Of a stretch of DNA of 53,682 bases, positions 38,303 to 48,241 are shown one piece after another. The number at the start of each line of letters is the position of its first letter. The first letter of the stretch is position 1. The stretch is from Chthoniobacteraceae bacterium (GTDB lineage Bacteria > Verrucomicrobiota > Verrucomicrobiia > Chthoniobacterales > Chthoniobacteraceae). The stretch is taken from positions 1 through 53,682 of the forward strand of contig JANNWY010000039.1 in NCBI GenBank assembly GCA_031409335.1, given 5' to 3'. The translations under genes were made by a program, and so were the position numbers. The notes beneath the pieces were generated by a model. It ran no database searches. It was not told the DNA's origin and worked only from the letters and a program-made list of their open reading frames with translations.

Positions 38303-38983
38303 ATGATGAGCATTCGCCGTTTCCTCGCCATCGCATGCCTTTCGGCTGCGGTCGCCATTCCCTCCGCGCGCGCGCAAGCGCCGAAAGACATGCCGCCCGA
38401 GTATGTCAAGGTCGTGCAAAGCGCCATGAAGGCGTTTTCCACCCGGGACTTCAAGACGACCCTCGCGCTGGTGGACAAAGCCGAGTCGCTCTACCAGCCC
38501 ACCGCCCTCACGGTGAATGTCCGCGCCGCCATCGCCATCGAGGGAAAGAAATTCGACGAGGGCCGCGAGCATTGCCTGAAAGCCCTGAAACTGGATCCCA
38601 AGTTTTTCCCCGCGCTCTACAACCTCGCGGAAATCCCCTTCATGCAGGCCAAGTATGCCGAGGCGCGGCTCGCGTACGAGAAACTCCTCGATGACGACGA
38701 TTCCAGCGTCGATCTGATTAAGTTTCGTCTCTACCTCACCTATCTACTCGAAAAGAACGACGAAGTCGCCAAACAGCAGCTCGATAAGATTCCGCTGCTC
38801 AACGACACCCCGATTTACTTCTACGCATACGCCGCGTGGGAGTTCGCTCATGGCGACGAAAAAAAAGCGCAATCCTATCTCAACTCCGCCGAAACCGTTT
38901 TTCCAAAGGCCAAACTCGGCAACTTTGTGGATGTCTTCTACGACATCGGCTGGCTGAAGCGTCCGGTGGATGGCGACCAGTAA
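38303..38983 (+). CDS. Exported TPR protein
   Basis: Signal peptide ending ARA; TPR-like ALKLDPKFFPALYNLAEI. Confidence 0.8.
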   Translation: MMSIRRFLAIACLSAAVAIPSARAQAPKDMPPEYVKVVQSAMKAFSTRDFKTTLALVDKAESLYQPTALTVNVRAAIAIEGKKFDEGREHCLKALKLDPKFFPALYNLAEIPFMQAKYAEARLAYEKLLDDDDSSVDLIKFRLYLTYLLEKNDEVAKQQLDKIPLLNDTPIYFYAYAAWEFAHGDEKKAQSYLNSAETVFPKAKLGNFVDVFYDIGWLKRPVDGDQ

Positions 38984-39007
38984 CCCGCTGCTCACCGCGC
39001 GAACGGT

Positions 39008-41560
39008 TCAGCGCCATTCATGCTTCGGATATTTCCGTTGCAGTTCCTGTTTGATCTTCGGGTAGGACTCCTTCCAAAAGTTTGCGAGGTTCGTGGTGAT
39101 TTGAATGGGCCGATGATTTGGCGCGAGCACTTGGATCACCACCGGCACGCGTCCGCCGGCGATGCGGAGGTCGCCTTCGACGCCGTATAAATCCTGGATG
39201 CGCACGGCGATTGTTGGCGCGGCATTTTCGGCGTAGGTGATTTTGAAGGCGCGGCCTTTTGGCAGCGAGAGACGTTCGGGCGCGAAGTCGTCGAGCAGCC
39301 TTTGCTGCGCGGGGGAGAGCCACGATTTCACGACTGGCCAGACGGGGCGTTCCTTGATTTCGCGGTAGCTCGTCGCGCCGTGGCAGATTTGTTCGATCAA
39401 GGTCACACGATCGTCGTCGCCGAGTTTTGGCAGCTCGAAATCGGGGCACCAGCCTGCCAGCAGATTGAGCCGCAGAATCCATTGCTCGACCGCGTGATCC
39501 CACAATTTCAGCGGACAATTTCCCGCGATGACCTCTTGCGCGAGCAGCGCGGCGGCTTGTTCCAGCGGGGCAGCGTCGGAAGATTTTGAGCGCAGCACGA
39601 GGTCGTGGAAGCGCGTGGATTTGCGCGCGATCACGCGGCGTTGCGCGGGGTCGAAAGCCACTTCGGTTTCTTCGATGAAGCCGTCGGGAAACAACTCGCG
39701 CAACCACGGCTCCTCGACCGCGGTCGCGAGCGTGAGCAGCGTTTCCACTTCGCCTCGGATCGCGATTTCCCGCACTTCGCTCGCGACCAGTAGCGGCGTG
39801 GCGACCACACTTTCCCGCGCGAGCACGCCTTTGCGCCCATGCACCAGCGCACAGCGGAGCGTGCCAGAGTCGAGCCGCATCGCCACCATGTCGGGAAAGC
39901 CCGCGAGCACGCAGCGCTGGAGCGCTTCGCTGGAAGTGTCGCGCGCCTCGGTATTCAGCTTTTCCTCGCGGGCGATTTTGAGGAATTGATCGGCGAGGGC
40001 GGCTGCTTCGCGGGCGGCGAGGGCGTTGATGCCGAGTGCGCGGCAGCGTTGCGAGTCGAAGCGGTTTTGCTCTGCAAAACGGTGCGCGCGCATGAGCAGG
40101 AAAAAATCTGAATCGGCATTTTCACCAAGAGCGTTGTCGCGAAGCTGCTGCATCTCCTTTCCCTCCGCGCGCCGGAGCATGTTGCGGCCTTGCGTGAGCG
40201 CGGCCACGAGGCACGCGGCGGGCACGCAGCCGAGATCGTGCGCGGCGAGGAGCATCCGCGCGTAACGCGGATGTGCGGGGAAGGCGAGCATCCTACGTCC
40301 CATGGGACTGATTTGTCCTATGGGACTGATGGCTCCGAGATCGCGCAGCAGTGTCTCGGCGCGTTCGAGGGCTTTTGCGTCGGGCGCTTCCAGCCAGCGG
40401 AATTTTGAGACGTCTTCGACATCGCTGGCCTTCAAAGTGAGCACGACTTCGGCGAGATCGAGGCGGCGGATTTCGGGAAGCTCCTGCGCGGCGCGGTCGT
40501 GGTGCTCGCGCTCGGTCCACATCCGCATGCATATGCCCGGCGCGGTGCGGCCCGCGCGGCCGGCGCGCTGGTCGGCACTCGCGCGGCTGATCTTTTCGAC
40601 GAGCAGCGTATTGATGCCGCGATAGGGATCGAACCGCGCGATCTTCGCGAGGCCGGCGTCGATCACGACGCGCACGCCGTCAATGGTGAGCGAGGTTTCA
40701 GCAACGTTCGTGGAGACGATCACCTTCCGCTTTTCGTAGCGCGCGACGGCGGCGTCCTGCTGATCGACGGGCAGCTCGCCGTGCAGCGGCAGCGCGAGAA
40801 AGTCGCGACTGACGCGCGAGTTTTGCACCGCCTGAATCGTGCGACCGATCTCGTACGCGCCGGGCATGAAGATGAGCACGTCGCCTTCGGTCGTGCGCGC
40901 GAGGCGCTCGAGTTCATCGGCAGCGGCGTCCCAGACTGGAGAATCGCCGAGCGATTTTTCGAGGTGCTCGATTTGCACCGGATGCGTGCGGCCTCGCGAA
41001 GTGAGCAGTTCGCAAGGCGCGAGATATTTTTGCAGCGCGCCCGCGTCGAGCGTGGCGGACATCACGACGAGTTTGAGATCGGGCCGCCGCAGCTCCTGCA
41101 AATCCAGCGCGCGGGCGAGTGTGATGTCGCCATACAGATGCCGCTCGTGAAATTCATCGAACAGAATCGCGCCGACGCCGCGCAATCCCGGATCGGCGAG
41201 CATCTGGCGAAGTAAAATCCCCTCGGTCACAAAACGAATGCGCGTCTTCGCGGAGCAGATGCGATCGAGCCGGATTTGGTAGCCCACTTCATCGCCGAGC
41301 CGCCCGCCGCGCTCCTGCGCCACGCGCGCCGCGAGCATCCGCGTGGCGAGTCGGCGCGGCTGGAGCACCACAATTTCGCCATCTCCGGCGAGGCCATGAT
41401 CGAGGATCATTTGCGGGACCTGCGTCGATTTTCCCGAGCCCGTCGGCGCTTGCAGCACGAGGCGCGAATGCGCACTCAGCGAGGCGATGAGCGCGGATTC
41501 GAGTTCGTAGATGGGAAGAGCAGGCGGAGCCAAGGAGACTGAACATCGAACATCGAACAT
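39008..41560 (-). CDS. hrpB: ATP-dependent RNA helicase HrpB
   Basis: APTGSGKST, DEFHER, MSAT, STNVAETSLTI, QRAGRAGR, C-terminal YPKHEW. The true start may be TTG 41533, since ATG 41560 lies inside a repeat. Confidence 0.95.
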   Translation of the reverse strand: MFDVRCSVSLAPPALPIYELESALIASLSAHSRLVLQAPTGSGKSTQVPQMILDHGLAGDGEIVVLQPRRLATRMLAARVAQERGGRLGDEVGYQIRLDRICSAKTRIRFVTEGILLRQMLADPGLRGVGAILFDEFHERHLYGDITLARALDLQELRRPDLKLVVMSATLDAGALQKYLAPCELLTSRGRTHPVQIEHLEKSLGDSPVWDAAADELERLARTTEGDVLIFMPGAYEIGRTIQAVQNSRVSRDFLALPLHGELPVDQQDAAVARYEKRKVIVSTNVAETSLTIDGVRVVIDAGLAKIARFDPYRGINTLLVEKISRASADQRAGRAGRTAPGICMRMWTEREHHDRAAQELPEIRRLDLAEVVLTLKASDVEDVSKFRWLEAPDAKALERAETLLRDLGAISPIGQISPMGRRMLAFPAHPRYARMLLAAHDLGCVPAACLVAALTQGRNMLRRAEGKEMQQLRDNALGENADSDFFLLMRAHRFAEQNRFDSQRCRALGINALAAREAAALADQFLKIAREEKLNTEARDTSSEALQRCVLAGFPDMVAMRLDSGTLRCALVHGRKGVLARESVVATPLLVASEVREIAIRGEVETLLTLATAVEEPWLRELFPDGFIEETEVAFDPAQRRVIARKSTRFHDLVLRSKSSDAAPLEQAAALLAQEVIAGNCPLKLWDHAVEQWILRLNLLAGWCPDFELPKLGDDDRVTLIEQICHGATSYREIKERPVWPVVKSWLSPAQQRLLDDFAPERLSLPKGRAFKITYAENAAPTIAVRIQDLYGVEGDLRIAGGRVPVVIQVLAPNHRPIQITTNLANFWKESYPKIKQELQRKYPKHEWR
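40297..40330. repeat. In-frame 18-nt tandem (TGGGAC core) in hrpB
   Basis: gtcccatgggactgat (40297-40312) and gtcctatgggactgat (40315-40330); encodes ISPIGQISPMG. Confidence 0.65.
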
Positions 41561-41626
41561 CGAACGTCGAACATCGAAGTCGGAGCCCGCATCGCACGTC
41601 GATTCCGACTTCGATGTTCGATGTTC
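41541..41626. repeat. Inverted heptamer arrays (GAACATC)n / (GATGTTC)n between divergent hrpB and rluE
   Basis: Six units at 41541-41582; complementary arm at 41604-41626. Confidence 0.9.
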
Positions 41627-41644
41627 TCCGGAAACTCACGACCA

Positions 41645-42217
41645 ATGCTCCTCGCCTTCCACAAACCCTTCGGCGTCGTCTCGCAATTCACGCCGGACGG
41701 ATCGAAACATCGCACGCTCGCGGACTTCGGATTTCCACCGTGCGTGTATCCGATCGGCAGGCTGGATGCGGAGAGCGAGGGGCTGCTGCTGCTCAGCGAT
41801 GAGGCGGAATTGAACGCGCGCCTGCTGAAACCGGAGCGCGGGCATGTGCGGACTTATTGGGCGCAAGTGGAGCGCGTGCCCGCGGCGGATGCGCTCGCGC
41901 AACTGGAGCGCGGCGTGAGCATCGGCGGGCGGATAACGCTGCCGTGCCGCGCGTGGACACTCGATCCGCAGCCCGAGGTGCCGCCGCGCGATCCGCCGAT
42001 TCGCTTTCGTAAAAACGTGCCGGATACGTGGATCGCACTCGAACTCGTGGAGGGGAAAAATCATCAGGTGCGCCGAATGACTGCTGCCGTCGGACATCCC
42101 ACGCTGCGGCTCATGCGGGTGAAAATCGGGTCGCTGGAACTCGGCGAACTCGCGCCAGGAAAATGGCGCGCGCTTTCCGCGAACGAGCGGGCGCTGGTAT
42201 TTGCGGTTCGCCGATGA
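41645..42217 (+). CDS. rluE: rRNA pseudouridine synthase (RluE/RsuA family)
   Basis: FHKPFGVVSQF, GRLDAESEGLLLL, EGKNHQVRRMTAAVGHPTLRL. Confidence 0.88.
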   Translation: MLLAFHKPFGVVSQFTPDGSKHRTLADFGFPPCVYPIGRLDAESEGLLLLSDEAELNARLLKPERGHVRTYWAQVERVPAADALAQLERGVSIGGRITLPCRAWTLDPQPEVPPRDPPIRFRKNVPDTWIALELVEGKNHQVRRMTAAVGHPTLRLMRVKIGSLELGELAPGKWRALSANERALVFAVRR

Positions 42218-42219
42218 TG

Positions 42220-42324
42220 AAGCCGAAGGCTCTCGGACGGCTGTGATTCCTTCACAGCTTTTGAGCCGTGGCGCGCGTTCCGAGAGCTGTGAAGGAATCA
42301 CGGCACTCCCAGAGCCTTCGGCTT
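42220..42324. repeat. REP-like doublet between convergent genes
   Basis: Outer inverted repeat 42220-42233/42311-42324; inner arms gctgtgattccttcacagct (42240-42259) and agctgtgaaggaatcacggc (42285-42304), each self-hairpinning. Confidence 0.85.
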
Positions 42325-44234
42325 TATTTCTTTGGCGTCCCGAGCAGGCGTTGGCGGGCTTCGTCTGGGAGAAGATTCGTGCTTTGCACCCATGCGGTTG
42401 CCGTTGGTTTGTCCCGGCGCATCCAATTGCGCGCGACGCTTTCGACTGCGGACTTGCGCGTGCTTTCGTCGCCGATCGTCGCGGCCCATTGCGCCGCACC
42501 TTCGGGATCGCGCGGGGTGATCCGATCGCTGAATGTGCGCACCGCCGAGTCGCGCGATTTTCCCGCAGCCAGGGTGCCGAGCCACTTTGCGGAAGCCGTG
42601 GCATCCACATCGGCCCAACGCGAAATGATGCTCGAAAAGGCGCTGCCGCGCGCATCGCCTTCCGGCAGGCTCGCCGCCCACGCGCTCGCGGCGGCGGGAT
42701 CGTGGTGCGCCCAATTGCTCGCGACGTTCGAGGCCGCGCTCGCCTGCGCTTCGCCTGTGAGCTTCAGCGCGGCGGCGGCGGCGGCGTGCGGGTCGTTCGC
42801 CGCCATCTGGCCGAGCGCGGAGGAAATGGCGCGGTTTTTATCCTTGCCCTCCGGGAGCTTGTCCGCCCACGCGAGCACTTCCTGCGGATCGTTGCTTGCC
42901 CAATTGCTCAGCACATTCGAGAGCGCGTTGTTGTAGCTGTCATTCGAGGGCGGGTTCTTGAAAAAGTATTCCGCCGCCGCCTTGGGATCGGTGCGGCCCC
43001 AGCGCCAGCCGATTTGCTGGAGCGCGTTGCTGCGCTCATTTCCTTCGGGTAAAAGGTTTGCGATTTCCAATGCCGCGGGCGCGTCCTTTTCCGCGAGTTG
43101 CGATGAGAGATAGCTGATTGCCTGCGACCTCGCCGCGCCTTCGGGAAGCGCCTTCACAAATTCGGTCGCCGCCTTCGGGTCGCGCTGCGCCCACGCGCTG
43201 ACCAGGCTGCCCACGGCACGGGTGCGGATTGCCCCTTCCGGGAGTTGCTGGATCGCATTCTGTGCGTCCACCGGATTCCGCGTGGCCAGTTCGCTGATCG
43301 CTCCGCTGACCGCACTTTCCTGCATGTTTCCCGGCTGAAGTGTGCGGGCGTATTGCAGCACCGCTTGTGGGTCTTTGCGCGACCAGTTTGAAATGGCGTT
43401 GCGCGTGAGGTCGTCGCGCGATTCGCGGTCGGGGATGTCCTTCGCCCAGTTCAGCAAATCCTGCGGCGACTTGTTCGCCTGCGAGTACGACAGGCTCGAC
43501 AGCACATTGCGCCGCGTTTGCCGGTCGTTGATCGTCAGCGCGTATCTCGCTGCCGCGTCGAAATCCTTGGCCGCCCACTGCTGCACGATCATCGACCGAA
43601 AATTCATGCCTTCGTTGGCCGTGGCGTCCTTCACGTTTTCATCGAAGAACTTGAGCGCCGCGACTGGATCCTTTTTCGCGAGGCCGGTGGCGATTCCGCC
43701 GAGCGCTTCGTTGCGTTCCTTTCCGGGTGTCATGGCGAGGGCGTATTGGGATGCGGCGGCGGAATCCTTGTCGGCCCAGACGGCCAGCGCGTTCGAGCGC
43801 AGCCAGGTGTATTGCTGATCCTTGGGAAGCGCGGATGCGTATTCCACGGCGGCGCGCGGATCGAGTTCGGCCCAGTGCGCGATGAGGCCGTTCATGAGCA
43901 GCCCGCGCTTTTGCGGATCGAGGTGCATCGCGGCATTCAGCGCGCCGGGCATTTCCGCGGCGGAAAGATGCTCGACCATTTGGTAGAGCCGGTGCTGCTG
44001 CCGCAGGAAATTGATGTCCTCCATGATCGTCGCCGCGGATTGCTCGAAATCCTTCACCATCGCCGCCGTCTCGGGATCGGCGGCAGGCGTCGCACCGAAA
44101 TCGCTGGTGGCAGCCTGCGATTTTTCAATCGCCATCGGATTCACCGATGACGGCCCTGCGTTCATGGAATAGCCGACGAGCCAGCCGATGACGCCGAGCA
44201 GCGCGGCGCACAGCCAGGGGAGTTTGGTTTGCAT
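42324..44234 (-). CDS. Membrane-anchored alpha-solenoid repeat protein
   Basis: N-terminal TM helix; more than 12 repeats of about 33-35 aa with pattern W-x3-DP-x-AA-x2-(W/F/Y)-x3-LP-x-G-x2-R. Confidence 0.82.
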   Translation of the reverse strand: MQTKLPWLCAALLGVIGWLVGYSMNAGPSSVNPMAIEKSQAATSDFGATPAADPETAAMVKDFEQSAATIMEDINFLRQQHRLYQMVEHLSAAEMPGALNAAMHLDPQKRGLLMNGLIAHWAELDPRAAVEYASALPKDQQYTWLRSNALAVWADKDSAAASQYALAMTPGKERNEALGGIATGLAKKDPVAALKFFDENVKDATANEGMNFRSMIVQQWAAKDFDAAARYALTINDRQTRRNVLSSLSYSQANKSPQDLLNWAKDIPDRESRDDLTRNAISNWSRKDPQAVLQYARTLQPGNMQESAVSGAISELATRNPVDAQNAIQQLPEGAIRTRAVGSLVSAWAQRDPKAATEFVKALPEGAARSQAISYLSSQLAEKDAPAALEIANLLPEGNERSNALQQIGWRWGRTDPKAAAEYFFKNPPSNDSYNNALSNVLSNWASNDPQEVLAWADKLPEGKDKNRAISSALGQMAANDPHAAAAAALKLTGEAQASAASNVASNWAHHDPAAASAWAASLPEGDARGSAFSSIISRWADVDATASAKWLGTLAAGKSRDSAVRTFSDRITPRDPEGAAQWAATIGDESTRKSAVESVARNWMRRDKPTATAWVQSTNLLPDEARQRLLGTPKK

Positions 44235-44269
44235 GATGCGTGAATCGGTAGCGCGAAAATGGCGCGGCG

Positions 44270-45001
44270 TCAGTATTTCAACACGCGCCGCAGGAACTCA
44301 CGGCAGGCGGCGCTTTTCGGCTCCGCGAAAAGCTCCGCCGCTGGCGCGTGCTCGACGATGCGGCCTTCGGCGAGGAACGCGACGACATCGCCAACGTGCC
44401 GGGCGAACCCCATCTCGTGCGTGACGAGGACGAAGTCGCGGCCTTCGACTTTCAGCTCTTCGATGACATCGAGCACCTCGGCAGTCATCTCGGGATCGAG
44501 CGCGCTGGTTGGTTCGTCGAACAGCAGGATGCGAGGTTTGATGGCAATGGCGCGGGCGATAGCGACGCGCTGTTTCTGCCCGCCGCTCAGTTCCGCGGGG
44601 CGTTTGTGCGCATGGTCGGCGAGCTGGAAACGGTGGAGACTTTCGCGCGCGATTTCCTCGGCGGCGGCGGGCGAAAGCGCGTGAACTTTCTCCAGCGGCA
44701 GGGTGATGTTGACGAGCGCGCTGAGGTGCGGGAAGAGATTGAACGACTGGAAGACGACGCCGAGATGGCGGCGGTGCTCGCGCAGCTTTTCCTCGTGAAA
44801 ATCAATCGTTTCACCGTCGAGTGAAACGGTGCCGGCGTCGGGAATTTCCAGCCCGGCGATGATGCGGAGCAGCGTGGATTTTCCCCCGCCGCTCGGGCCG
44901 ATGAGGACGACGCTGCGCGCCGCACCGAAATCAGCGGTGATGCCGTCGAGGACGGTTTTGCCCGCGAAGGATTTACTGAGGCCGGTTAAAGCGAGATGCA
45001 C
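44270..45001 (-). CDS. Amino-acid ABC transporter ATP-binding protein (GlnQ-like)
   Basis: GPSGGGKST, VFQSFNLFPH, LSGGQKQR, FDEPTSALDPE, VTHEMGFA. Confidence 0.92.
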   Translation of the reverse strand: MHLALTGLSKSFAGKTVLDGITADFGAARSVVLIGPSGGGKSTLLRIIAGLEIPDAGTVSLDGETIDFHEEKLREHRRHLGVVFQSFNLFPHLSALVNITLPLEKVHALSPAAAEEIARESLHRFQLADHAHKRPAELSGGQKQRVAIARAIAIKPRILLFDEPTSALDPEMTAEVLDVIEELKVEGRDFVLVTHEMGFARHVGDVVAFLAEGRIVEHAPAAELFAEPKSAACREFLRRVLKY

Positions 45002-45040
45002 GCGGCGGCACGATCACGGGCTGCAAAGCCCGTGTCACAT

Positions 45041-45451
45041 TTATTTCCCGAGACTTCCGAGCAGTCCGGTGAGCATCCCTTGCAGGTCGTTTTGCTGCGG
45101 CACCTGGCCTTTCGGCGTCAGTTTGTCGATGAGCTGCGGGAGGAGTGCGCTGAGTGCGCTGGAGACTTCGGGCCCCTGCATTCCGGTTTGTTTTGCAAAC
45201 TGCTGGACTTGATCCGCGCCGAGCGCGTGCTGCAATTGGTCCGGTGAAATGGCCTTGTTTTCGCCAGTGCCAATCCAGGATTGCATGAGGTCGCCGAGAC
45301 CTTTCTGGTCGAACTGTTGCGCGAGTCCGGCGAGGCCGTTGCCGCTGCTGTTTTTGGTGAGAAGCCCGGTGGCGATTTGCATCAGCGCGTTTTGCTTGTC
45401 GCCGCTGCCGCCGCCTAGGACTGAACCGAGGATGGAATCAAGTAAGCCCAT
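45041..45451 (-). CDS. yidB: YidB family (DUF937) protein
   Basis: MGLLDSILG...GLGDLMQSWIGTGENKAISPDQL...LLPQLIDKLTPKG. Confidence 0.9.
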   Translation of the reverse strand: MGLLDSILGSVLGGGSGDKQNALMQIATGLLTKNSSGNGLAGLAQQFDQKGLGDLMQSWIGTGENKAISPDQLQHALGADQVQQFAKQTGMQGPEVSSALSALLPQLIDKLTPKGQVPQQNDLQGMLTGLLGSLGK

Positions 45452-45485
45452 AATTTTTGGACAATGCGGAAAGTGATTTTGGGCG

Positions 45486-45821
45486 TCAAGGATTCTTCAG
45501 TTTTCCACCCCAACTGAGGATTTTCGCCTTCGCTCCAGCCGCTTCCGCTTCCGGGATTTGGCTATTGCGCACGTAAAAAAGCGAGAGGCTCGACCACGCG
45601 AGTTGATCGTTCGGGTGCAGCTTCACGGATTGCAGCCCGGCGTCGATCGCTTCGGGAAAACGGCCCAGCTTCATCAGCGCCATGCCGAGCGCGTGCCAGC
45701 CGTCGAAGAACGCGGGATCGAGTTCCGTGCAGCGGCGATATTTTTCCACCGCGGCGTCCAGTTCGCCGAGCGCGAGGTCGCCGTTGGCGTCGTCGAAAAG
45801 CTCGTCGAGGTCGGCGCTCAT
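45486..45821 (-). CDS. Small TPR protein
   Basis: TELDPAFFDGWHALGMALMKLGRFPEAI...PNDQLAWSSLS. Confidence 0.85.
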   Translation of the reverse strand: MSADLDELFDDANGDLALGELDAAVEKYRRCTELDPAFFDGWHALGMALMKLGRFPEAIDAGLQSVKLHPNDQLAWSSLSLFYVRNSQIPEAEAAGAKAKILSWGGKLKNP

Positions 45822-45851
45822 GCGGGAAGCATTTCCGACTCCGAATCTGCG

Positions 45852-47357
45852 TCAGCCCTTGGCTTCGACGAACCCCGCGGCGATCCGTCTTTCCTTCAGC
45901 CATTGCTGGAAAGCCGCCTCTTTCTTGGTGTTTTCGAGATAGCCCGAGATCATCGTCTTTTCCTTCTCGAGACCCGCTTCGTCCACAGGCAGCCGCTTGT
46001 CGATGTGGATCAGCAGCCCACCGGACGCGGTTGCGGTAAAGTCGCTCAATTCTCCGACAACCAAGTCGGCCGAGCGGCCCATGATTTCCTGCGCGTCGGG
46101 CTGGTCCACCTTCTGTTCGGCAAAGGAGAAAGTCGGGAACGCCTCGGGCGTCACACCCGCTTCCTTTGCGGCATCGGCGAATGTTTTCCCGACGGCGACG
46201 GCTTCGGTGATTTTTTTGCGGAGTTCGCCGCCTTTGAGATTCAACGCTTCTGCCGCGCGTTCGGCGTTCAGTTCCTCGGTGAGTTGCTGCTTCGCCTCGT
46301 CGAGCGTCTTCGGTTTCGCCGGGGTGATGCCCGCGAGCTGGAGCACATAGTATGCGTTGTTCGTTGTCACCACATCGCTGTTCGGCTCCTCGCTGGAGAG
46401 CTTGAATGCCGCCGCCGCCGCTTCCGGTGCCGAGCCGATTTCCTTCGGCGGCGCGATGGCTTCGAACTCCGGCGTTTCCACCACGGTCGCGCCGGCTTTT
46501 GCGGCAGCCTCGTCGAGCTTCGTGTCCTTCACAGTCATCGCGACGGACAGTTCGCTGGCGGTGTCGGCGAGTTTCTGCATGGCGATGACGCGATCCTTGC
46601 CCGCGAGCGGCAGAGTCGCCGACGGCAGGGTGAAGGCGACCACCTTCACTTTGCGTTTCTCGGGGTGTTGCAGCATTTCCTTTTTTTCCTCGAAGCGCTT
46701 CTTCACGTCTTCGTCGGAAATCTTCGTGTCCTTTTTGAAATCCTCCAGTTTCAGCCGCACGACGCTGAGATCGGTCTTTTGATATTGCTGCACGTAAATT
46801 GCCCGGATTTCACCGGGCGCAGCCTTGTCGGTCGCGCCGAGCAGTGCCTTGATCTTTTGCAGCCGGAGCGAGTCGCCGACCAGCTCTTCGAGCAAGTCCG
46901 TCGTGAAGCCATTGGGTGCCAGAGCCATTTGCACGAACTGCGTGTATTTCGTCGAATCGTAAACGCCGTTCGTCACAAACATCGGAATCTTTTGCACCGC
47001 CTCGACGATCTCCGCCTCGGTCGGGGCGATGCCCAGCACATCGGCCTCGTGGCGCAGCACGACGCTGTTCCAAATATAGTTTTCCTCCCCTTCACCGCGT
47101 GCCGTCGGGCGCGGGATGGAGCCGAGGCCGTTCGTCAATTCCCGGAGCCGGAGCATCTGGCAGATGTTGAGCTTTCGCGCCATCCGCTTGAACTCCGCGC
47201 CAGAGACGGGACGCCCATACACTTTCCCCGCGATGTCCGCTTCCGAACGGTCGCCCGGATTGGTGTTGCTGTTGTAAAACCAGACAAAGCAGATGATGAC
47301 GATGAAGGTGACAAACACCATCAACGACTGCTGATATTTTCGCATCAAATTGACCAT
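45852..47357 (-). CDS. SurA N-terminal domain / PpiD-like membrane-anchored chaperone
   Basis: MVNLMRKYQQ plus TM helix; GKVYGRPVS; EADVLGIAPTEAEI...IPMF..NGVYD; PEKRKV. Confidence 0.8.
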   Translation of the reverse strand: MVNLMRKYQQSLMVFVTFIVIICFVWFYNSNTNPGDRSEADIAGKVYGRPVSGAEFKRMARKLNICQMLRLRELTNGLGSIPRPTARGEGEENYIWNSVVLRHEADVLGIAPTEAEIVEAVQKIPMFVTNGVYDSTKYTQFVQMALAPNGFTTDLLEELVGDSLRLQKIKALLGATDKAAPGEIRAIYVQQYQKTDLSVVRLKLEDFKKDTKISDEDVKKRFEEKKEMLQHPEKRKVKVVAFTLPSATLPLAGKDRVIAMQKLADTASELSVAMTVKDTKLDEAAAKAGATVVETPEFEAIAPPKEIGSAPEAAAAAFKLSSEEPNSDVVTTNNAYYVLQLAGITPAKPKTLDEAKQQLTEELNAERAAEALNLKGGELRKKITEAVAVGKTFADAAKEAGVTPEAFPTFSFAEQKVDQPDAQEIMGRSADLVVGELSDFTATASGGLLIHIDKRLPVDEAGLEKEKTMISGYLENTKKEAAFQQWLKERRIAAGFVEAKG

Positions 47358-47434
47358 AAAAAGAAAGGCAGGGAGTTTCGGGGTTGCAAGTTCGCGGGAC
47401 CTTCGCTTAGCGTGCCGCCCCCCGAAAAAAGAGC

Positions 47435-48196
47435 ATGAACCTACGTTCCACCTTTCATTTCCAGCAACATCTTTTTGCGTCGGCTTTCTGCTTGGCCATT
47501 TGGGGGAACGCAGCGCTCGCTCAGGCGCCGCAGGGCGCCATCAAGATGAAGACGGGGGCCACGCAGCAGGGTGTCATCACCGGCGTCACCGCCTCGGGCG
47601 TCGGGCTGCAACTGGCCGCGGGCGGGTCGATCAGCATCCCGCTGGCGCAGATCGAATCCGTTTCGATGGCTGCGCCGCCGGAATACAATCTCGCGATGCA
47701 GGCCGTGGCGGCGAAAGACCTGCCAAAGGCCAGCGCGACCATCAATTCCCTCGTCTTAAAATTCAAAGGGCTCCCCGCCGATTGGGCGCAGCAGGCCATG
47801 GCGCTCTCGGGGTTTCTCGCCTTGCAGACCGGGGACCTGGCCAAGGCGCAACTCGCGTTCGACGATTTCAAAAAGTTTTACCCTGCTGCTCCGGAAGGGA
47901 AGGTCGGCACCGCCGCGATCGCCGCGTCGAAGAAGGATTTTGCGACGGCGAAGAGTTTGATCGCCCCGATCATCGAAGATGCGCTGAAGCTGAAGGACGT
48001 GCCGCTCGGGAATCGCTTTGCCTTCAGCCGCGCGTTCCTCGTTTCGGGCATGGTGAAGGAATCTGAGAAAGATTTTTCCGGCGCGCTTGAAGATTATTTG
48101 CGCACGACCACGATTTTCTATCATGATACCGCCGCAGTTGCATCGGCGCAGGATCGCGCGGAGACACTGCGCAAAAACAAAATCACCGTTCCCTGA
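47435..48196 (+). CDS. Exported TPR-like protein heading the ExbBD operon
   Basis: Signal peptide ending ALA; C-terminal helical repeats (ALEDYLRTTTIFY). Confidence 0.75.
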   Translation: MNLRSTFHFQQHLFASAFCLAIWGNAALAQAPQGAIKMKTGATQQGVITGVTASGVGLQLAAGGSISIPLAQIESVSMAAPPEYNLAMQAVAAKDLPKASATINSLVLKFKGLPADWAQQAMALSGFLALQTGDLAKAQLAFDDFKKFYPAAPEGKVGTAAIAASKKDFATAKSLIAPIIEDALKLKDVPLGNRFAFSRAFLVSGMVKESEKDFSGALEDYLRTTTIFYHDTAAVASAQDRAETLRKNKITVP

Positions 48197-48241
48197 ATTA
48201 CGAAACCAGCCAGCCGCTCACGCCTTCCTAAACCCTCCCAT

